Position numbers and translations under genes: made by a program. A DNA stretch of 64,000 nt from the human T2T-CHM13v2.0 reference genome, Homo sapiens, in the NCBI RefSeq assembly GCF_009914755.1, contig NC_060945.1; one strand, written 5' to 3'. How positions within the stretch are numbered: the first letter of the stretch is position 1; every line of letters starts with the position of its first letter. Of the stretch, positions 43,875 through 60,198 are shown one piece after another. Under the pieces are notes generated by a model. It did no database searches. It was not told the DNA's origin and saw only the letters and a list, made by a program, of their open reading frames with translations.

Positions 43875-45623
43875 TAGAACCACAGAGAGGGATGCAGCAG
43901 TAAGCCCCCTGCCCCTGACCCCCCGTAGTAGACAGCCATCAAGGTTTAGGCCGTCACCTCTTTCTCATTTCATTTCCGATGTTATAATAACCATTAAGGG
44001 ATTTGTGATTATTTCCAAGTTTGGAATCTATTCTTTTCTCCTCAACTTAGTTTTTGAAGTTAATGTCTTTTTTGACTCAATCAACTCCTGAACACTTGGG
44101 AAGGACACCATCAGACAGTTTGGTTATCTTGAGATACACATTTCAGAAATGATCCTCTTAGACTACCCAGCTGAAACAGGCAAGACTGTGGGTAAGTCTT
44201 GAATCAATTCTTTTGCCATCTATTCGATGGTCTTTGTTTCTAAGTGCCAAAGAAACCTTCAAGCTCATTCTAATCTTCATTTTGTTAGTCTAGTCCATAT
44301 GACTTAAATTCTACTTTCCTTCTGCTTTGAATTTCAGTGTTTTCTTATATGGTTCTCAAATTGGCTGGGCCAAGATGCCCTGCCTACCTTTCAATCATTT
44401 CCCTTGGAAAGACCAAACGTAATCTTTTCAATGTTTAATTACCAGCTCTGCTCTCACATCGAATGCATTAATTACATGGGATTACAGCAATGAAGTCCAT
44501 AGCTCTTTCCTAGAACTTTTCAGTGCTATGTCCCACCCCTACAATTGTAAAAGTGTCTTTAAGAATCAAGTTCAAGTTCACTATTGTCTCTTTGGTTCTA
44601 GTCATTAGACAGTGGCCACCTTTGTTAAAAACTTATTCCAGAGTTAGTTTCACAGACCCAGCAACTGTCTCCAGCAGGCTTGACAATCAAGGTTACAGCC
44701 TTTATTATGGCCAGATCCGCCTTGTCGCTGACAATTTGAAAGCTGATTTTTGCATCGCTGCTATTTAAAGTTCAATGAAAAACCTTGGAGGGAGGAAAAT
44801 AGAATTTTGACTTCACTGACATTAACTGTCCTCAGACCCTCACCCTACCCTGCTATTTGGGCGTTCAGTTTTTCTGTTCTGTTTCTCTTTGTACTTATAA
44901 CTAAAATGGTGAATTCAAAGGTTCAGAAAAATAAAGGAAAATTCTATACGTAATATTCGAAGATTTAGTATTTCTTTTTCTTCCAACTGACTTTTTAAAA
45001 TCTTTTGTTCCCAAAAGCAGATATCACCAGGTTCTTTTGTGCCATGTTTAGATGAATAAAAGCTTTACTTTATAAAGACTGTTCAAACATTTTAATAAAA
45101 CAAATAACAGCCAAGCAAAATACCATGGCAATGTTAGCAAAGCATTTCCTGCCAAATCCAAAAGGAGATACATTGTTCTAAGCATTGCATTTGTACATAC
45201 TAAGAAGCACTGTACTAAGTTGATATCCTTTGCAGGTATCTGCTCACTTAAAGTTCAGAGATTTACAGTGTTCTTCAACCAACCCACGGCTGTAGGTAGA
45301 AATCAGCTCTGGGCCCAGTTATATGAGTTCAATGTCCCATGCACTGATGTCTTTTCTAGAAAACTATATTTCCTAGACAGGATCAGAGAAGGAAGGCAAG
45401 AGCAGGAAGACTACAGTTTTGACTTAGGTAACATAAAGGCAAATTTTGTCTCAACCTCCACTCCACCTAAATTTCACCTAAATAAGTTGGTGCAAATTTT
45501 TTATTAATGAGAGTCTCGGCCTTTTGTCATGGCAGAGAGGAGCATGTGCTTCTCTTCATGACAATTACATGACTGCTGTCTGAAAGAGGGATGGTCTCAT
45601 AAAGAAACTTCCTTCATTTTCTT

Positions 45624-45930
45624 GGCCGGGTGCAGTGGCTCACACCTGTAATCCTAGCACTTTGGGAGGCCGAGGCGGGTGGATTACCTGAGATCAGGAG
45701 TTCAAGACCAGCCTGGCCAACATGGTGAAACTCTGTCTCTACTAAAATACAAAAATTAGCCGGGCATGATGGCAGATGCCTGTAATCCCAGCTACTCGGA
45801 GGCTGAGATGAAATTGCTTGAACACAGGAGACAGTGGTTGCAGTGAGTGGAGATCGTACCACTGCCCTCCAGCCTGGGCAACAAGCAAGACTCTATCTCA
45901 AAAAAAAGAAAAAAAAAGAAACAAAGAAAA
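45624..45930 (+). mobile_element. AluS
   Basis: Full Alu; long TSD aagaaacttc(c/a)ttcattttct. Confidence 0.94.
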
Positions 45931-46939
45931 GAAACTTCATTCATTTTCTATTGTGTCTATCTGAATACGACATCAGTGTTTCCACTTGAGTAAGGCATTG
46001 TTAGTTTTGGTAAAATTGGACTTTTCTTGGTGGGTTGTTTTTCAAATTTGAAGAATTAATACCAAATAATCCTACACCACTTAAAGAACCAACTTATGTG
46101 TAAAACTTGCAGCAAACTGATTTTGGCAAGCCCACTGCATGCACCATTGATCATGTTCAATGTGTTACACAAGCCAAACCTTGTGCCTGCCAAGATCATA
46201 GCTGCTGGTCCTTGACCAGAATTTTTTTTTTTTTTTTTTTTGTGCAACATGGTTAGCAGTGTATTTGAGATAATGAGAACATTCAAATCTGCTTCCTGAA
46301 GAAATACACATTATTAGTATAGACTATACAATAAAACTAGAAAGCTACCAAGTGAATCTCCTCAGGGGTTAGATTACCTATCTAATAATAGGTTCAATGT
46401 GGAGCCTTACTCTTCATTTGCATGATTTTTCTGCTACTTACATGTCTTTTTATAGTACACAAACTTCACATCAAGTTTGAGAACCTAATATAATTAAGCA
46501 AAGAGAACATTAAATTTTTGTATTAACCTAAATTTGCAAATGTAAAAACATTGACATCCTGAGCAGGAAGTATGTCAATTAAGTGATAATGATTCTAGGA
46601 TTAACTGTGACATCAATATTTAAAACTAGTAAACTATTCTTTTCATAAAATCAAGATTTTATGTTCATCTACATTTGTCCTGTGAACCTTGTTAAAAGCC
46701 ATTTATAATTCCACAAACAATGTATTTATCATTTTATTTTGGGTGGACCTCATGAGAGCTACCTATATCTGTATAACAATTAAAAACATTTACTTAAAAT
46801 TCTAGTTTATATTACAGGTTATAGTATTATCTCTGTCTTTTTTTGTGAGTATCAAAAGAACATGCTCATACAATATACTTTATGTAGAATAATTTTCTGT
46901 ATCCCTACAAGTATTTGCCTATTTTAAATATTTTTGATG

Positions 46940-47276
<337 letters not shown>

Positions 47277-47709
47277 TCAAAGAAAATGTTAGGTGTTTTT
47301 TTTTTTGTTTGTTTAACGTTTTATACCTTGTTTTAAAAGTGAGAGATTAAGTCAAGAATAATAGGACTCCATCCTTGTATTTCCCCCCACCTCTCTCAGA
47401 GATTGATTGAAGGGAGTTGAAAAAGGAAAAAGGGAACTTCAGAGATGAGGAAATAATAGTGGGTATAGTCATTATGGTAATAGCAAGTGAGATACCCCTC
47501 CACCCAATTCCAGTAATTCAATAGGATATTTTTTTACTTTTGCAAATAAGTCCTTAGTCACCTGTCCTAAAAGATGGTTGACCACAATTTCTGCATAAGA
47601 GGAACAGTACTTGGCTTTTCCCTTGGCAGCTCAGGCCATGGGTTACACCTGTCCTACCCACCCAGTGAGGGGGCCATTGGAGAGCACCCAGCCCAAGGAC
47701 ATACAAGGT

Positions 47710-48177
47710 TGCAATGGGATGAACGGTGGCCCTTGCAAAAAAAATATGTCCACATCCTAACCCCTGGAACCTGTGAATGTAATCTTATTTAGGAAAAGAA
47801 AAATGTATCTTTACAGATATAACTCAGTTTGGGATCTTGAGATGAGCTCATCTGAGATGATCTAGGTAAGTGTTAAGTATTATAATGAATCCCTAGAAGA
47901 GACAAAAGAGAGGAAGACACAGACACAGAGAAGGTCATGTAAAGACAGAGGCAAAGACTAGAGTTATAAGGCAAGAAACATCCGGAGTCACCAGAAGCTG
48001 AAAGAAGCAAAGAAACATTCTTCACTAGAATCTTCCAAGGGATATAACTCCACCAACCACCTTGATTTTGCATTTCTGGCCTCCAGAACTGTAAAAGAAT
48101 AAATTTCTGTTGTCTTAAGCCAGAAACAATTTAATTTTGTGGTAATTCTGTTACAGCAGGCCTAGGACACTAATACA
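47710..48177 (+). mobile_element. MLT1B/C-like solo LTR
   Basis: atatgtccacatcctaacccctggaacctgtgaatgt...ggcctccagaactgt..aataaatttctgttg...taataca. Confidence 0.85.
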
Positions 48178-48260
48178 AATAAGCAATCAAAACTGCCTTA
48201 AAAAAAGAGCCTTCAATAAACACTCAGCTTGTCAGGGAAGTTGGTGACTAAATTATCCCA

Positions 48261-48366
48261 ATAAGTATGTCTCTGAGAGTTTGAAAATAAAATACAGAAA
48301 ATAATGAAGATGTTCATAACTGGAAGAATACTAAGAATAAATATAAAGAGAACAATCAGAGAGAGG
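48261..48366 (+). repeat. ~105-bp direct duplication, donor copy (partner 51335-51440)
   Basis: About 11 substitutions by hand (~89% identity). Confidence 0.92.
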
Positions 48367-49409
48367 AGCTGAGTCAGGTTCCTGAAGAAACATAAATGGA
48401 TGGGTAGGCTGAAGACAAATCAGCCAGCCAGAGCTCGACACCCCTCCCCAGCTACTGTGATGAAAATCTTTAGTTGGCATAATTCTCATTTCTAAATGCA
48501 ACCTCTGATGAGTACAGTAACCTCTGGCCTTTGTAACCAAAGTCTTCTTATTAACACAATCATTCTAAAATAGCAGTATGGGGTTTTGCTGTGGTCAAAG
48601 TTTATCCATGGAGCTAAGTGCACTTCTACATATCCAGTCATAATCAGCCCTGCTCATCTCCCTAGATCACAGCTCTGATGCTTCAAACAAGCATTTTCTA
48701 GACTCAAAAGCATATGCAAAGCGGCTATTTGGAAAACCCCTCAGAATTTCCTACACATTCATTTGTGCCAAGGTGGCTGGTCCGCTCTCCTAGTGAGAAC
48801 ACCAGTGTGTTATCTCAGCTTCCATGAGAGCTCATTAACAGTAGCTCCTACAGGTTATAGAATTCAAAGAGTATCGACTAGTCTAAAGTCATGTCGCCTC
48901 AAAAAATGAAAATTTCATCAGCTTTGCCAATGAAATGATATTTTAGAAGATGATCAAGTACTATTTATTCAACCCTTTAGATTTTTCAAGATCATTTTTA
49001 TTTCAAATTGATTGATTAGTAGACTATACTCATAACTACTTTACTAAATTATATTTTATATTTTATTGTATATTGTTTATATTATACATATATTATAAAT
49101 TCTTATGTCTTTATGCAGTTTTCCAAAAAGAAAGTTAGTGAAGAAGAAAAAGTTATATAAAGAATGCCTCAAGATATATTAAAATTATTGAATATTATTT
49201 TCCCCATAAAGTCTTACATAATTAGTATCTAATAGAATTTAGTAGCAAAATAACTTGTTCGTTTCTTAAAGAAATGTCATGATTACTTTTAATAAATAAG
49301 AGAAATTTTTGTCATGTTTTCTCATCTTATCTTGATTTTAAGAAGCCTAGAGTTCAACCTAATGCTTAATTACATGTATTATTTTAGTGTGTTTCAAGAG
49401 GCCTATCTG

Positions 49410-49630
49410 TCATAGTGGTTAAGCTCAATTTTGGACTCTGACATAGCTATACTTAAATCCTGACTCTGCCAACAGACAGTTACATGACATTGGGCAAAAC
49501 ATTTAATCTCTCTGGACTCCAGTTTTCCTATCTATGAAGTGGAGATAAAAATAGCACTTACTTCTGCGCGTTCTTGTAAAGAACAAATTAGATAATGCAT
49601 ATAAAACACTTAGAAACTGGCTTGACTCTA
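49410..49630 (+). mobile_element. MIR SINE
   Basis: catagtggttaag...ttgggcaaaacatttaatctctctggactccagttttcctatct. Confidence 0.8.
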
Positions 49631-50435
49631 GTATCAACATAATACAGTTATATCTGTATTTCTGCTTTGATACCTTTATTCTAAACAACTTTTTTTATAA
49701 ACAGGTAAAATACGAATATAAACACAAGACATAGGAAAGGAATACTAAATTTAAAAAGAACCCGAACGGCTTAGAGAAACAGATTAATAAATGCAACTGC
49801 TGACTTTAAAAGTCTGCACTGAATTTCTGAGCTTTCTTTTTATTCCTCCTTTAAGATATATTTATTAGTGGTTAGATAAGTTAGAACAAAGGCAGAAAAA
49901 AATGTGGCATTTGGGACATCATAAAGTGATGCTTGGTCACAAAGGTGAAAACTGGCAATTTCCCCTTATTGGTAGAGATGGAAATTAATCTTATTAGTCT
50001 GTCACAGGAGTGTTATTTTCAATGTGCCCCAAAGTACTGGTCCAATTCTTTTTGCTCCAACATAAATCCCATTTTTAGAATGATAGGATAGCTACTCAAA
50101 ATGAGGGAAGCACTCATTCAAAAGATAAAGCAAAATTAGAGAGATGTGGAGAAGAATATCTAAAGAAGATTCAGTCAGGCATCAAGCCTGAGTAAATCTA
50201 AATGATATGTTTTGAATCAAGGATTAGCCAATATACAGTTGTGCCTGAATACTTGTGGACTAGAAAAAGAAAGACTTTGCAAAATGAAATTAGGAGGCGA
50301 TCAATAAAAATATTTGTGGCATGAGAACTGTCTTCTATTCTAAAATGCAAACCTAAATAAAATCATATTACAACTGGAAAAAGGTTTGGGAAACTTCTAA
50401 AGCTTCATTTAGAGCTCTGTCATTAATTTATTTAA

Positions 50436-50737
<302 letters not shown>

Positions 50738-51289
50738 GACTTCTAGCTCAATAAAAAATAAATCCAGAAGCCACAGGCATATGCAGATCTTTTAATTGCT
50801 AGGTAATTATTCGAGTATGAGATGTACTTTCAATCAGCTCTATCTGTCAAGAACTCTCTTCTGTTGTCCTATCAAAATCTTTACTCAGGACTCATTGCAT
50901 TGATTGATGCAAAGAGATTATTAACATTACTTTTAAGTTTACAAATATGAAGAGTAATTATTTTTTAGCCTACAAAGTTAAGCTTATATTTCAAAATCTC
51001 CTTAAAAAAGGGCCACAGATTCTGAGTTCTGTCTTCATCTAATCCAGTCAGCAGTGATTTTCAGAATGTCTGAGATCCCACAGATGAAAATAAAATGACT
51101 CATGTTCTACCTGGCTGCATTGGTCATTGCCTTTTTCCATATATCAGTCATCATAACTGAGATCAGAGCAGTAAGAAATCTTGCCTTAATGTTCCCCCAT
51201 TTGAGTCAGAGTAAAAAATCAGGGCTTCCACTGAAAATATCAATTATTCAGGTGATGTGTTTTATTGTCTATTATATATTAAGTTACTG

Positions 51290-51718
51290 TTTTTTTTTTA
51301 GAGATAAGATTTTTCCCTGATGTCACGGCATGCCATAGGTATGTCTCTGAGAGTTTGAAAATAGAATATAGAAAATAATCAAGATGTTCATAACTGGAGG
51401 AATCCTGAGAATAAATATGAAGAGAAGAGTCATAGAGAGAAGAAACAGAAACCTGGAGTGTAGTGGCAAGATCATAACTTGCATAGCTTCGAACTCTTAG
51501 TCTCAAATGATCCTCTCATCTTCGCTTCCAAGTAGCTGGGAGTACAGGTCCATGCCGCCATCCTGGCTAAGTTTTGTTTGTTTGTTCGTTTGTTTCTAGA
51601 GAGATGGAGTCTTGCTATGTTGCCCAGGCTTGTCTCAAACCCCTGTCCTTGAGCAATCCTTCTACCTCAGCCTCCCAAAGTGTTTGGATTACACAGGCTT
51701 GAGCCGCCATACCTGGCC
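51290..51718 (-). mobile_element. AluJ interrupted by a ~125-bp non-Alu insert (51327-51451)
   Basis: Tail and 3' end at 51290-51326; Alu resumes at cctggagtgtagtggc (51452). Confidence 0.85.
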
Positions 51719-51849
51719 TAAATTTTATGCTATGAAGAGTGACTCCCCCATCGCCACTCACATGGTTGAGAATAAATTGGTATGACAGGAATTTCACAGA
51801 TATTTGTAATAAGCAGGAGTTTCTCTAATCATAGAAAAATTCCCTAAGT

Positions 51850-52368
51850 CTGGTAGACTGCAAAATGTCTCCACAAAGATGTTCATATCATAATACCCAG
51901 AATCTGTGAATGTTACATTGCATGGCAAAAAGGATTTTACGAATATGACTAAATTAAGGATCTGGATATGAGAAGTTTATCTTGTATTAAATGGATGTGC
52001 CCAATATAATCGCAAGGGTCCATTTAAAAGGGAGGCAGTAGAGTTAGATTCAAAAAAGGCTAAGTGATAACAGCAGAGAGAGAAATTAGAAGATGCTAAA
52101 CCACTGGCTTTGAAGACCAAAAGTGGGACCACAAGCCACGGAATGCAGGTGGCCTCTAAGCTACCAAGGGCAAGGAAACTAATTTTCCGCTAGAACTTCC
52201 AGAAGGAATGCGCTCTGCCAAAAATGGGGTGTTTGCTCAGCAAGACCATTTTGAACTTCTGATTTCTAGAGTATAAATTTGTGTTGTTTTCATTTGAGTT
52301 TATGAATAATGAGTTTATGGCAATTTGAGTTATGGCAATTTGTCACAGCAGCCATAGGAAATGAATGC
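51850..52368 (+). mobile_element. MLT1D-like solo LTR
   Basis: gtgaatgttacattgcatggcaaaaaggattt...ccacaagccacggaatgcaggtggcctcta...cagcagccataggaaa. Confidence 0.85.
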
Positions 52369-54189
52369 GCTAAGTTATTTCAAATTTACTGTATTTTTAT
52401 TCATATTTGTGTATGTAGTCCATGCAGGTGTAAAAAGGTGATACATAAGCAGGGGCAGACCCCAAGCAGCCTCCATTGGGTAAACACTGCTCTTTACTGG
52501 TTCTTCATACCTACATAACACAATCTGCTTCAGTTCAGGTAATCTCTTTATAGCCCAACTAGAGATTTCTTAAGGTACCTTAGAAGTTCCTTCATAAGAA
52601 TTTCATGAAGCAATTGGGACTAGTTGAGAATTATTCAAACAGTGAATTTTAGAAGAAATGTTTACTGGGTAAATACAGTAACATTTAAATTATAGATAAG
52701 CTGATTATATTTTACTATCCAATTTCCATGCCTTTCTCACTGGGCAATTTATGAAATCATTAGTTGTGTATGGCTAAGGGAAATATTGATGTGCTCTATG
52801 AGTGGAGTGGCATCTGCTTTATTTTATTACTTGCTTCTGCATAATCCCCAGTCCTCTTGAATTTTGATCTTGAATTTGGATGGATGTCAATCCATAGATA
52901 ATTCTGCCTGTCTGAATTTTGTTCAAGATTCTGAATTTTAAACCTAAGTTCTCTTCTATGAACAACTATATTTGTCCTGTTTTTTTATCAACCATTATTT
53001 AATTTAACAAACATTTATAGAGTGCCTGCTGTATGCCATCCTCTCTTCAATGTACAAAACTGTCCAAAATTCCTGCCTTTCGAAGCTTAATTCTAGTGGA
53101 TCTGAGCAAACATGTAAAGGGATAAATATTCCTTCAATGTAAGTCTAGTAAATGTATCTACTGGAATCACCGACCAAAACCAAAGAAGGGCTCCTTTCTC
53201 TTTCTCTGATGGAAAGAGAGGGGGTGTGATTGGTGGAAAGTGAGGGAAGGGAGATGAAAAAAGCATTACAGAGGTGATATTTCATGACTCTGTTGACTGG
53301 GGACACAAAAAATTTCCACATGAAATACTTTTTCAAAATGTCCTTACCCGTTACTATAAATTTCAGTGATGATTTCCTTCAATGCCCTGTAAGCAAATGT
53401 CTCTGATTTTGCTACTAAACAATTAATTCCATGTCCATAAATGCATTGCTCACAGTGCCATCACCATGGATGAGGAAAGGAACCAGTAGGGCTATCACAG
53501 CTTAGGTCCAGTGAACTGCAACCTGCAGCTTCTTGGCTAAGAGTAATGATATGAAAAAGTCTAGCTGTAGATAATACAGTGATGTACAGCTGCAAGAAAA
53601 CAACCTGGGCTTCCTAAATGCCTTTGGAAAAGACATTTCACTTCTTTGGGCCTCTCTTTAAATATATATTGATTGAGAAATTTGCATTTGATAATCTTTA
53701 GATTTCTTTCCAGTGCTAATGTTCTATGATTCTATTGAAATTAAACATTCATATATGTAAGTCTAGAATCTCTTAATTCTATTCCTGTATGGAATATGTT
53801 TAATAATGTGTGTATTGTTGCATTAATTCAGTATCTTACTTTCTCCTCTAAGACACATGGAGACTAAAATCCCTTTGAAAACTACTGTTCTCAAAGTACT
53901 GTTACCACACACACATACAGGCATACCCAATTATATTTACATTCTGAAATTATACATGTATGTATAGACTGTATGTGGTTTAATCTCTTAAGTAGTATAA
54001 TATCTTAGATAACATTAGTTAAAGAGCAACATAATAATTTTTTCATTTGACATAGCTTAAACTTTCTCCATATTTTGCCTTACAAATTATAAAAGATGCT
54101 CTCATTTTTTTTGTAGAATGGATCCTCAATTAAGAACCACAAAGTACCATATTATTTCACTCAATTTATGAGAGCGAAAACACATACAG

Positions 54190-54214
54190 ACACACACACA
54201 CACACACACACACA
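54190..54214. repeat. (AC)12 microsatellite
   Basis: Dinucleotide run. Confidence 0.95.
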
Positions 54215-54229
54215 TAAATGCACATATCA

Positions 54230-54571
<342 letters not shown>

Positions 54572-54670
54572 TTACGAGTCAGCACACATTTAATTTCAGC
54601 TCATTATTCTCATAAATATACCAGTGCTTGTGGTGGAAACATACAAGGCCACAGAAGATCCTTAATCATA

Positions 54671-54965
54671 TTTTTTTTTTTTTGAGATAGAGTCTCGCCC
54701 TGTCGCCCAGGTAGGAGTGCAGTGGCACCATCTCGGCTCACCGCAACCTCCGCCTCCTGGGTTCAAGCGATTTTCCTGCCTCAGCCTCCTGAGTAGCTGG
54801 GATTACAGGTGCATGCCACCACGCCAGGCTAATTTTTGTATTTTTAGTAGAGATGGGGTTTCACCATGTTGGCCAGGTTGGTCTCTAACTCCTGACCTCA
54901 GGTGATGCACCTGCCTCCGCCTGCCAAAGTACTGGGATTACCGGCGTGAGCCACCACGCCTGGCC
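54671..54965 (-). mobile_element. AluS
   Basis: Full antisense Alu; TSD aatcata. Confidence 0.95.
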
Positions 54966-57466
54966 AATCATAAAATTTCTAAAAAACAAATATGGGTACA
55001 TACTATATCTACTATGTTAAAAAAATGAACTGAAATACTCTAGAGATTTTCCAGATAAAGTCAAAACCAAAAAAGTGTTTTATGACTAATAGTCCATCAT
55101 AAAACTCAAGTAAGATAATATTCAAATTCCTAAACACTACGCCATAAAACTTGAAATATACAAAATGTATTTAAATGTGTATATTAATATTAAAGTACTT
55201 ACAACTTTTAAAATAAATGAAATATTTGTTCGGATGCATAAAACTTTTGGTACTAAGAGGCCACAACTATAAAAACAATTCTGGTCAAATCACCCGTGGA
55301 TGTATTATAAAACCAAGGGCCTCTTCTCTATAATTGAGTGTTGTCAAGATCAAGTCACATTTTTCCAAGTTCAGCTGAGAATGATTTTGAATAACTTTTA
55401 AAAGACCCTGGTGAAGCACCATGGAATATTCTATGAGTTATTCAGTCTTTGGGCATGATCATGAATATATTTACTATCTCATTTTTATGATCTCTTAAAA
55501 AGTATTTTCAAAACATCTTGTGGGGGTCTCAGAGGCAACATTTGGTGAAAACCATCTTCCAAACTACATTTCTGTGGATTTGTGTACAGTTACTCTGAAA
55601 GGAAGTGACCCTTAGCCATTAAAAGGAGAGATTTACCTGAGCAATGCCAAGTAGTATGTTGGCACCTTATTTTCTTTTTTTTCTTTTTTTTTTTTTTTTT
55701 TTTACAATTCTTCTTGTTTATTTCTTCACAGTTGGGGCAAAAAAAAACCCTCAAAATTTAATGCACTCAATTACTACAAAATAACACCAAAATGGTTATG
55801 AAAATAAGTATGGAGGTGCTTATGTCTTTAGTGTGGTTTTTCCTTTCTTCTTTCTTTTCTCCCTTCCTTCTTTTCCTCCTTCCTTTATTGCTTCCTTCTT
55901 TCTCCATCATTTCTGTGTTTGTTTTTTTCATGATTATACATGTAAGCTTATAAAATAAAGAAGCTTTTCTTCTTTTTATAGATGAAAAGCAAGAGAAATA
56001 GGAAAGGGTAAAACATCCTGCAAAAACGGCAAAAATGTAATTGAACTGTCTTCAATATATGCTGTAATACCATAAATTCCTTTGTCATGGAAAATATTTA
56101 ACATATTGGCACACATAATTATGGTATATCTACCATGTATATTTCAATAAGCTATTTTTCTTGAAACACTGTCACTGGACAGGCCATGACACACAGCTCT
56201 TTCCATAGATTCTCTCATGAAGATAAAGAACAGTTATTCCTCCAGGCAGAACACGGTAAGGAAGAATTTTGTGTAACGGTAGGAAACCCAGGGTAGGAGG
56301 AAGTAGTTTACAATGACTCAATGTTAGTGCAAACAAGAAAAACATACTTGTTTCAAATGAGGGATATTCTACTAAAATGCATATGCTGCCAGCGTGTGAT
56401 GATTTTAATGAATTAAGATTAATTCTATGCACAAGAAATATATAAACATACTTTATCAAACATGACACTTCAAACATATGACATAGCCATTTTATTCAAG
56501 TTTATTACTCATAAACTTGAATGTTTATATACATTGTATTTATATATATAGGATATATATAAATTATATTCTTCTTATGTCCCATTCACTCTTAGATATT
56601 TCTATCACAAAATCAGCTGCTAGCTGCTTCTTTTAACAGACTAACCCTAAAATATAAATTTCAATAACATTAAACAAGAAATGACAAACATAAGAGAGCT
56701 GCCAATAGCTTGATGATAAGATTGATGTGACTCCACAGAAAAGGATGATGCTCCAAGACTATATACTAAGGGGCTGCTACTTAGCAAAACACCCTTACTA
56801 GTTTCCAACAGGGTGTGTAGAAGCAACGATCATTATTTTAAAGTTTCTAGCAATTTTTTTTTGTTGCAAAAGCTGATTTTGCATCTTAAAATTTGGCAGT
56901 TGGAAAAAAAAGACAATATTTTGGATTAGAAGCCAGTTCTGTCTTCTTGGATAGAAATCAGAAGTTGTTCTGGGGACAGCCTCCCCCTTAATACCAGCAG
57001 AGACCACTTGGGTAAACACAATGAGTCAGATGGTTGTAATAGATGTAGCCGTTGTTCGTAAAGAAGTCTCAAACCAATGCCAGATAAAAATATCATCAAC
57101 TCTTGAGATTGTCTAAGCCCCAGGCAACAGAATGCTCCTGTGTGGGTAGCATGCGTAGTGACTGAAGTAATAGATGCTTCCACAATCACTAATTCAGAAA
57201 GAGGATTAAGGAAGTGGGACCTGTTGCGGATAGGAAAGTTTCATTTATTTCCTGAACTCTAAGGAGTGGCAAAATGATTGAAAGGGTCCTTGAGGAAAAA
57301 TAAGCATGGCAGCAGCCTGCTGCGGTAGAGAGAAAAAGAAGGGGAAAAGAGGAACTCAAACCAAATAAGAAACCCTGTAGAGGAGACTGGGTGCACTCAA
57401 AGGAGTGATGATAACTGATGAAGAGGATTTTACTTTTTTTGCTTATGTTTTGAGTATTTTGCATTG

Positions 57467-58392
<926 letters not shown>

Positions 58393-59858
58393 ACAGTTTT
58401 AGATTTCTTAGCCTTTTGCTTTGGAGAACAATTTGAATGTATGATTATGTTACCAGGGCGGGTAGAGGGTGTGACCCTGAATGTAGCCTAACAGTGTGCA
58501 GAGAGAAGATAATGAGAGGGCCAAAAGCAACAGAGCGCTCTGAACAGAAATCTCTAGCAAGAGATGACAAGCAGCCACATAGAATGGATCTGTCAAACAT
58601 TTAAGGATCCCAGTAGTATTTAAACTTAACAAGGACAGAACCCCATACAAAGCAAGAATTTACTGCCATCAATGGGAAGATGGCCGAGGTTGTGTTATGT
58701 GTTACCTACATAATAACGAGAAGGGTGATCTCTGAAGACATGGGAATTTGGGGGCATTCAGGTTCACTGCAGAATGTTGTAAATGTTAGACAGAAAGAGT
58801 GAAATTTAGGCATTTGCCCTTGGAGCCTTCCTACCACTTTCTAGTATTTCTCGGAAATACAAGCACCAGAGAGCACCTTTTCTTGCACGGATTACTTTCC
58901 TGAAGAAATGTAAAGACCATTCACTTAATGCCTCAATTAATTTTGTTTACTAAGCAACATGCTAATCTAAAATACCATTTTTCATTTGAATTAGAAAGAT
59001 TGTGAATAGAGAAAAACTTTTAAAGTAAACTACAAATGAAAGCTTTTGGGTCGTACTTGTTTTTGAGTTTTTTTCTACCATGTTATACTTTTTTATTTCT
59101 TTTTTTCCTTTTCTGTAACACAGTATCAAGGTCAACAAATGGCTTGATTTGAACTCCCTTTGAAAGTTGCTGGAAGCTCAGAAAATGTCATCAACTAGAG
59201 ATAAGAAATTTCCTTTGTCTTATACAGGACTCTGTATAAGACTGTATTCCCTTCAGTATATTTTATTGTTTTCTTTTTAAATTTCTTATTTTACTCTGTG
59301 ATCCTGCCTGGCAGTCTAGCTTCTGTTTCCAAATCCCTGTTTTCTTGACATTTTCAGTGGCTTGTGATTCCCTGTCACCAGCAAGGCATATAATTGAAAC
59401 GAAGAGTGTGAGAACAATAGGAACCTGATAATAAGTCATTGTTACAAGATCAGGTTCTTACATAGCAATGCAACAATATAAAGAAGTATGCTTCCAGGAG
59501 GTAGGTGGTTATTTCTATTCAGACTCAAAGAATGTTAAGTCACCCAAAAGAGGAACTTATTTTTAACAAATTAGAAAAACAAAAAATACAATGAATACTT
59601 TTTTTAGTTTATGAATTTCCTCCCCTCAATTAATCATTGGTTAGATGCTAAATAATACGTAAAAATTTTCAATATGACTTGCTAATTGAGAGGACAATCA
59701 TGATATGTATGTATACATTACATAATATTATATTTTAATATGCTTTTGCTGAACACTTCGAAAATGTTTAATGCTTAATAGCCTGGCCAAGTTGAAATTT
59801 GAAAGTCATTTCTGTATCAGTTATGTTCTCCCTCTCCTCTTTGTGTGTGCAGGGTATA

Positions 59859-60198
59859 CATTCATGCATTACTCAACAACAAGGATACATTCCAGGTAAT
59901 GCATCTGGAGGCAACTTCCTCATTGTGCAAACATCATAGAGTGTACTTACACAAACCTAGAGGGTATAGCCTACTACACACCTATGCTTATACTACAGCC
60001 TACTGCTCTTAGAGTACAAATCTGTGCAGCACGGTACTGTAGTGAATACTGGAGACAATTGTAACACAAGGTAAATATTTTTGTATTGAAACATCTGAAC
60101 ATAGAAAATGTACAGTAAAAGTACGATATTATAATCTTATGAGATCACCTTCTAAATGTGGTCCTTCATCAGCCAAAATGTTATGTGGCACATGACTG
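59859..60198 (-). mobile_element. Tigger3a (MER7A)-like TcMar DNA transposon
   Basis: Terminal inverted repeats cattcatg / catgactg with TA TSDs; internal catcatagagtgtacttacacaaacctaga. Confidence 0.85.

Noticed and set aside
45524-45564. Imperfect hairpin ttgtcatg...catgacaa (also 43067-43091 and 24613-24639)
   Set aside because: Too short and bulged for a pre-miRNA or MITE; expected by chance
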